Shown piece after piece: positions 60,175 to 64,000 of a stretch of 64,000 nucleotides of DNA. Position numbers and translations under genes: made by a program. The stretch is from NCBI GenBank assembly GCA_029931975.1, contig JAOZQY010000002.1, positions 27,799 to 91,798 on the forward strand, read 5' to 3'. Below the pieces are notes generated by a model, which saw nothing but the letters and a program-made list of their open reading frames with translations, was not told the DNA's origin and did no database searches. This DNA is from Bacteroidales bacterium. Its GTDB lineage: Bacteria > Bacteroidota > Bacteroidia > Bacteroidales > GCA-2748055. The stretch's first letter is position 1; the number at the start of each line of letters is the position of its first letter.

Positions 60175-61740
60175 GTGGTTAAAATAAAGATCGATAACAG
60201 GGAAATAGTGGCAGCCGAAGGCAGCGTGCTGATGGAGGTGATCAGGGACATGGGCATCGAGGTGCCTTCCATGTGTTACCTGAAGGAAGTCGAAAGTTTC
60301 ACCTCCTGCATGCTATGTGTAGTGAAGGATCGAAAGAGCGGGAAAATCCTGCCTTCCTGTTCGCTTGAGGCAGTGGAGGGCATGGATATTATCTCCATGG
60401 ACGACGAGGTGAGGGAGGCACGAAAAAGTGCCCTTGAACTGCTGCTGAGCGAACATGTGGGCGATTGCGAGGCCCCCTGCCAGCTTACCTGTCCGGCCCA
60501 TATGGATATTCCCCTGATGAACCGTCTGCTGGCTGAAGGAAAGTTCCATGAGGCTCTGGTGGTGGTGAAAAAAGATATTGCTCTTCCATCGGTTCTTGGC
60601 AGAATTTGTCCGGCCCCCTGCGAGGGAGCCTGTCGGCGAAAGTCCATCGATCAGGCGGTCTCCATCTGTCTGCTAAAACGCTTTGCAGGGGATCATGACC
60701 TGGAGGCTGATATGTCATGGATGCCCATTCCGGCAAGCAGTAGTGGAAAGAAGGTAAGTGTGATTGGTGCTGGACCGGCCGGACTGGCTGCAGCGTACCA
60801 GCTGGAACTGATGGGGCATCACTGCCTTGTCATCGACCGTAATAAAATTGCGGGTGGCAGCCTTAGAAAAGAGGTCTCCCCGGAGGAACTTCCTCCGGTG
60901 GTTCTAAAGCGGGAAATTGAGCATATTGCAGCACTTGGTGTGGAATTCAGGCTTGGATCGGAGGTGGATGCCAAACAGTTCCTGGAACTTCAGAAGAGCA
61001 GCGATGCCATTGTGGTGGCCACAGGAAAAGGAGAAAGCGGAGTTGGAGCCTGGGGATTGCCCATGCATCCCAAGGGTGTGGAAGTCCATGGGAAGACATA
61101 CCGGGTGGGCGACACAGCCGTTTTTGTGGTGGGTAGCGCCCTGAAACCGTCCAAACTGGCCATCCGGGCATTGGGACAGGGCAAGGAAGCTGCATTCAGT
61201 GTGGATCAGTTTCTGAAAGGGCAAGCGGTTACAGGGGAACCCAGGCTTTTTAATTCCCGGTTTGGCAAACTGGATCGGGCCGAGTATGCTGAATATCTAA
61301 AAGAATCGAAGGAAGGGGAACGCCTGGAACCGGCACAAAAAGGTGAGGGCCTGACTGCGGAACAGGTAATGGAGGAGGCTGCACGATGCCTGCATTGCGA
61401 TTGCCGCGATTTGAAAAACTGCAGGCTCAGGCTCTATTCAGATGCCTATGGTGCCGATCAGAAGCGATTCAAATCTGAAGTTCGTCAGCTCTGCACCAAA
61501 CAGGTGCAACACAAGGAGGTGATTTACGAGCCTTCCAAGTGTATCAAGTGCGGGATCTGTGTCAGGCTCACCGAAAAATATAAAGAGGATTTTGGTTTCA
61601 CCTTTATTGGCAGGGGCTTTGATGTGGTAGTTGGAGTGCCTTTTAATGAGAGCACGGCCGAGGGTCTTAAGAAAGTGGCCCTGGAGGTAGCCGATGCATG
61701 TCCCACCGGTGCCATCAGTCGAAAAATTGAAAGCTTGTAA
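60175..61740 (+). CDS. NuoG/HydA-type [2Fe-2S] domain fused to a GltD-like Fe-S/FAD domain and C-terminal NuoG-like [4Fe-4S] motifs
   Basis: The N-terminus KIKIDNREIVAAEGSVLMEV...PSMCY...CMLCVV is Fer2-like. A GltD N-domain follows (CEAPCQLTCPAHMDIP...GRICPAPCEGACRR), then an FAD GxGxxG (VIGAGPAGLAAAYQL). The C-terminus carries CLHCDCRDLKNC and CIKCGICV...CPTGAI. It uses a GTG start. Confidence 0.8.
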   Translation: MVKIKIDNREIVAAEGSVLMEVIRDMGIEVPSMCYLKEVESFTSCMLCVVKDRKSGKILPSCSLEAVEGMDIISMDDEVREARKSALELLLSEHVGDCEAPCQLTCPAHMDIPLMNRLLAEGKFHEALVVVKKDIALPSVLGRICPAPCEGACRRKSIDQAVSICLLKRFAGDHDLEADMSWMPIPASSSGKKVSVIGAGPAGLAAAYQLELMGHHCLVIDRNKIAGGSLRKEVSPEELPPVVLKREIEHIAALGVEFRLGSEVDAKQFLELQKSSDAIVVATGKGESGVGAWGLPMHPKGVEVHGKTYRVGDTAVFVVGSALKPSKLAIRALGQGKEAAFSVDQFLKGQAVTGEPRLFNSRFGKLDRAEYAEYLKESKEGERLEPAQKGEGLTAEQVMEEAARCLHCDCRDLKNCRLRLYSDAYGADQKRFKSEVRQLCTKQVQHKEVIYEPSKCIKCGICVRLTEKYKEDFGFTFIGRGFDVVVGVPFNESTAEGLKKVALEVADACPTGAISRKIESL

Positions 61741-61742
61741 CT

Positions 61743-62876
61743 ATGTCCATAAAAAAAACATTCATCCGGCTTGTACTGGCCTCTGTGATTATTCCAGGAG
61801 CGTGGACCAGTACCCGGGCCCAGTCAGGCAGCTGCTGGGGAAACTTCAGGGGCGATGCGAAACTAAGCGGGGTGAGCCAGTCGAAGCTTCCCTCAAAGCC
61901 TACTATGTTATGGAATTTCAATGCCCAGGATGGAATCAAGGCCTCACCGGTAGTGTGTGACGGAGTGCTTGTGGTGGGCACCCTGGAAGGAATCCTCTAT
62001 GGAATTAATACCGATGGAACCCTGAAGTGGAAGATCGATACCGAATACAGCATTGAGGCCCCGGCCATGATTGTGGACGGGGTGGTCTATGTGGGGAACC
62101 TGGATGGTACGCTCTATGCCGTCGATCTGCAAAGCGGTGCCGTCCGATGGACCTACCAGACCGAGAATATGATTATGGGATCACCTTCCTTTTATAGGAA
62201 AGGAACGCAAAAAGTGATCCTGGTGGGCAGCTATGACTATTACCTGCACGGGATTGATCCGGCTACAGGGAAGGGGCTTTGGAAGTACGAGACCGATAAC
62301 TTCATTAATGGTTCCTGTGCGCTCTATAGCGGAATGGCAGTTTTCGGAGGATGCGACGGCTTTATCCATATGGTGGATGTGTTGACGGGGAAGGTTAAAA
62401 GCAGTATGTCAATTTCCACCTATGTGGCCAGTTCGGCCTGTATAGACCGCGACTATGCCTATGTCGGGGATTACGATGGACGGTTCCTGGCTGTGGACCT
62501 TTTGGGTGAAAAGGTAAAATGGGTATTTGAGAACAAGGAGGCCAACCTGCCCTTTATCGGATCGCCGGCCATTTACGGGGATCATGTATTTATCGGAAAC
62601 CGTGATAAATTCGTTTATTGTCTGAACAAAAAGGATGGAAAGCTGGTCTGGAAGTATAACACCGGCGGGAGGGTCGATGCCTCGCCTGTAGTTGTGGGAA
62701 ACAGCTTACTGGTTGCCAGTATGCGGGGCGACCTGTTTCTCCTGAACCGGAAGAACGGGAAGCTGTTGTGGACCTATGAACTGGGGACCGCTGTTTATGC
62801 CAATGGGGCCGTTTTGGATAACAGGATTTATATAGCAGGCGATGACGGCCGGGTTTATTGTTTTGGAAAGAAGTAG
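61743..62876 (+). CDS. secreted PQQ-like (BamB-like) beta-propeller repeat protein
   Basis: Signal peptide (LVLASVIIPGAWTSTRAQ), WGNFRGDAKLSG, and very regular blade repeats (GxLYAVDxxxGxxxWxY). The start is 2 nt after the preceding stop. Confidence 0.85.
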   Translation: MSIKKTFIRLVLASVIIPGAWTSTRAQSGSCWGNFRGDAKLSGVSQSKLPSKPTMLWNFNAQDGIKASPVVCDGVLVVGTLEGILYGINTDGTLKWKIDTEYSIEAPAMIVDGVVYVGNLDGTLYAVDLQSGAVRWTYQTENMIMGSPSFYRKGTQKVILVGSYDYYLHGIDPATGKGLWKYETDNFINGSCALYSGMAVFGGCDGFIHMVDVLTGKVKSSMSISTYVASSACIDRDYAYVGDYDGRFLAVDLLGEKVKWVFENKEANLPFIGSPAIYGDHVFIGNRDKFVYCLNKKDGKLVWKYNTGGRVDASPVVVGNSLLVASMRGDLFLLNRKNGKLLWTYELGTAVYANGAVLDNRIYIAGDDGRVYCFGKK

Positions 62877-62897
62877 AAAGGATATGGAATGAATATA

Positions 62898-64000
62898 ATG
62901 CACATCATCCCCGGTTCCGGGGGGAGTTTTTATTGCGGGAACTGTCTGCGCGACTCCAAATACGTTGAGGCACTACGAAAATCTGATCATAAGGTGGTGA
63001 AGCTGCCCATGTACCTGCCTCTGTTTGCCGATGAGCACGATCTGAGCAGGGAGGTTCCGGTCTTTTACGGGGCCATCAGTATTTACCTGAAGCAGCTCTT
63101 TCCCATCTTCAGAAAAGCCCCGGGATGGGTCGACCGTGCCCTTAACTCCAGGCCCATGCTGAAACTGGCTTCCAAATTTGCGGGTTCTACCCGTGCCAGG
63201 GGACTGGAAGAAATGACCGTTTCTATGTTGCTGGGAGAAGAGGGGCAGCAGCAGGATGAACTGCAGAAGATGGTCGACTGGATCGTGGAGAATTGTGCTC
63301 CCGATGTGATCCACCTATCCAATGCCCTCTTGCTTGGACTGGCTCAGCAACTGGGTGAACGCATGCATGTTCCCGTGATCTGTTCATTGCAGGACGAAGA
63401 TGTGTGGGTCGATGTAATGAAGCCTTCAGCAGCAGAGAGTGTATGGAAACTGATGTCCAACAAGGCAGACCATGTGGCAAAATTTATTTCTGTGAGCGAT
63501 TTCTATGCCGGGGTGATGAAGAAGAAAATGTCACTGCCGGCAGAGAAGGTGGACTCCGTACATGTCGGGGTGGACCCGGCCGACTATAACTTCAAAGCGG
63601 TATCGGAGAAGAAGCGAAACATAGGCTTTGTATCCCGCATGTGTTTTGAAAACGGCCTGGATATCCTGGTGGATGCCTTTTTCCTTTTGAAGCAGAAGGA
63701 GGAATATGCTGATGTGAACCTGGTACTCACTGGAGGATCCACCGGCGATGATAAAAAATATCTGTCTGATATACGGGCTCAGATCAGGGAACATGGCTTA
63801 CAGGATCAGGTAGAGTTTCATGACGATTTTGAGGAGCAGGGGCTCAGGGACTATTTCGAAAAGGTAGCTGTGGTATCAGTGCCGGTCCGCAATGGAGAGG
63901 CATTTGGCATTTACCTGCTGGAGTGCATGGCCTCGGGAATTCCCGTGGTACAGCCTGCTCTGGGTGCGTTCCCCGAGATTATTGAATTCGCCGGAGGAGG
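62898..64000 (+). CDS. glycosyltransferase family 4 (GT-B), 3' end outside window
   Basis: This ORF is not in the track because it has no stop in the window. I translated it by eye: MHIIPGSGGSFYCGNCLRD...VHVGVDPADY...GFVSRMCFENGLDILVDAF...EAFGIYLLECMASGIPVV, which has the GT4 EX7E-type region. It begins 21 nt after the last propeller gene. Confidence 0.8.
   Translation, partial: MHIIPGSGGSFYCGNCLRDSKYVEALRKSDHKVVKLPMYLPLFADEHDLSREVPVFYGAISIYLKQLFPIFRKAPGWVDRALNSRPMLKLASKFAGSTRARGLEEMTVSMLLGEEGQQQDELQKMVDWIVENCAPDVIHLSNALLLGLAQQLGERMHVPVICSLQDEDVWVDVMKPSAAESVWKLMSNKADHVAKFISVSDFYAGVMKKKMSLPAEKVDSVHVGVDPADYNFKAVSEKKRNIGFVSRMCFENGLDILVDAFFLLKQKEEYADVNLVLTGGSTGDDKKYLSDIRAQIREHGLQDQVEFHDDFEEQGLRDYFEKVAVVSVPVRNGEAFGIYLLECMASGIPVVQPALGAFPEIIEFAGG

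Overview
This 64-kb chromosomal segment looks like a Bacteroidota genome, probably from an anaerobe. Evidence: SpII-type lipoprotein signals, recurrent TAnnTTTG -7 promoter boxes, GWxTD, DUF4136, DUF4382 and DUF3127 families, 7TMR-DISM kinases, and GH2/GH109 glycan genes. I support about 55 protein-coding genes and found no rRNA, tRNA, CRISPR array or clear mobile element. Content by region: (1) 0-21 kb is housekeeping and envelope genes (pyruvate kinase, thioredoxins, RlmD, RlmB, ABC-F, MscS, peptidases, a PAS hybrid kinase), with two disrupted genes: an M14 peptidase frameshift and a DUF4136 lipoprotein with an in-frame TAG. (2) 22-29 kb holds a sigma-70/ECF-like factor, a peroxiredoxin plus Fur-family pair with tandem palindromic operators, a visibly AT-rich TPR-CHAT protease gene, a 39-aa GG-leader peptide, an anti-sigma-like TPR protein and a degenerate histidine kinase. 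(3) 31.4-32.6 kb is a lone tyrosine-recombinase homologue that has lost its catalytic residues. (4) 33-49 kb is a glycan and HexNAc salvage cluster without SusC/D: two GH2 genes, GH109, an MFS importer, a ROK kinase, a NahK-like anomeric kinase and a nucleotidyltransferase. (5) 49.5-62.9 kb is the most interesting part. It is a tightly coupled plus-strand operon encoding five PQQ-like (BamB-like) beta-propeller paralogues (one decayed), an NHL propeller, a 65-aa Tat-motif Cys4 microprotein, a NapG-like Tat ferredoxin, a NapH-like membrane polyferredoxin, a fused NuoE-NuoF-ferredoxin flavoprotein and a NuoG/GltD-like Fe-S flavoprotein. I read it as a candidate NAD(P)H-to-periplasm electron-export system with no recognisable terminal enzyme. 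All functional calls come from motifs read by eye in the supplied translations. No database search was run.
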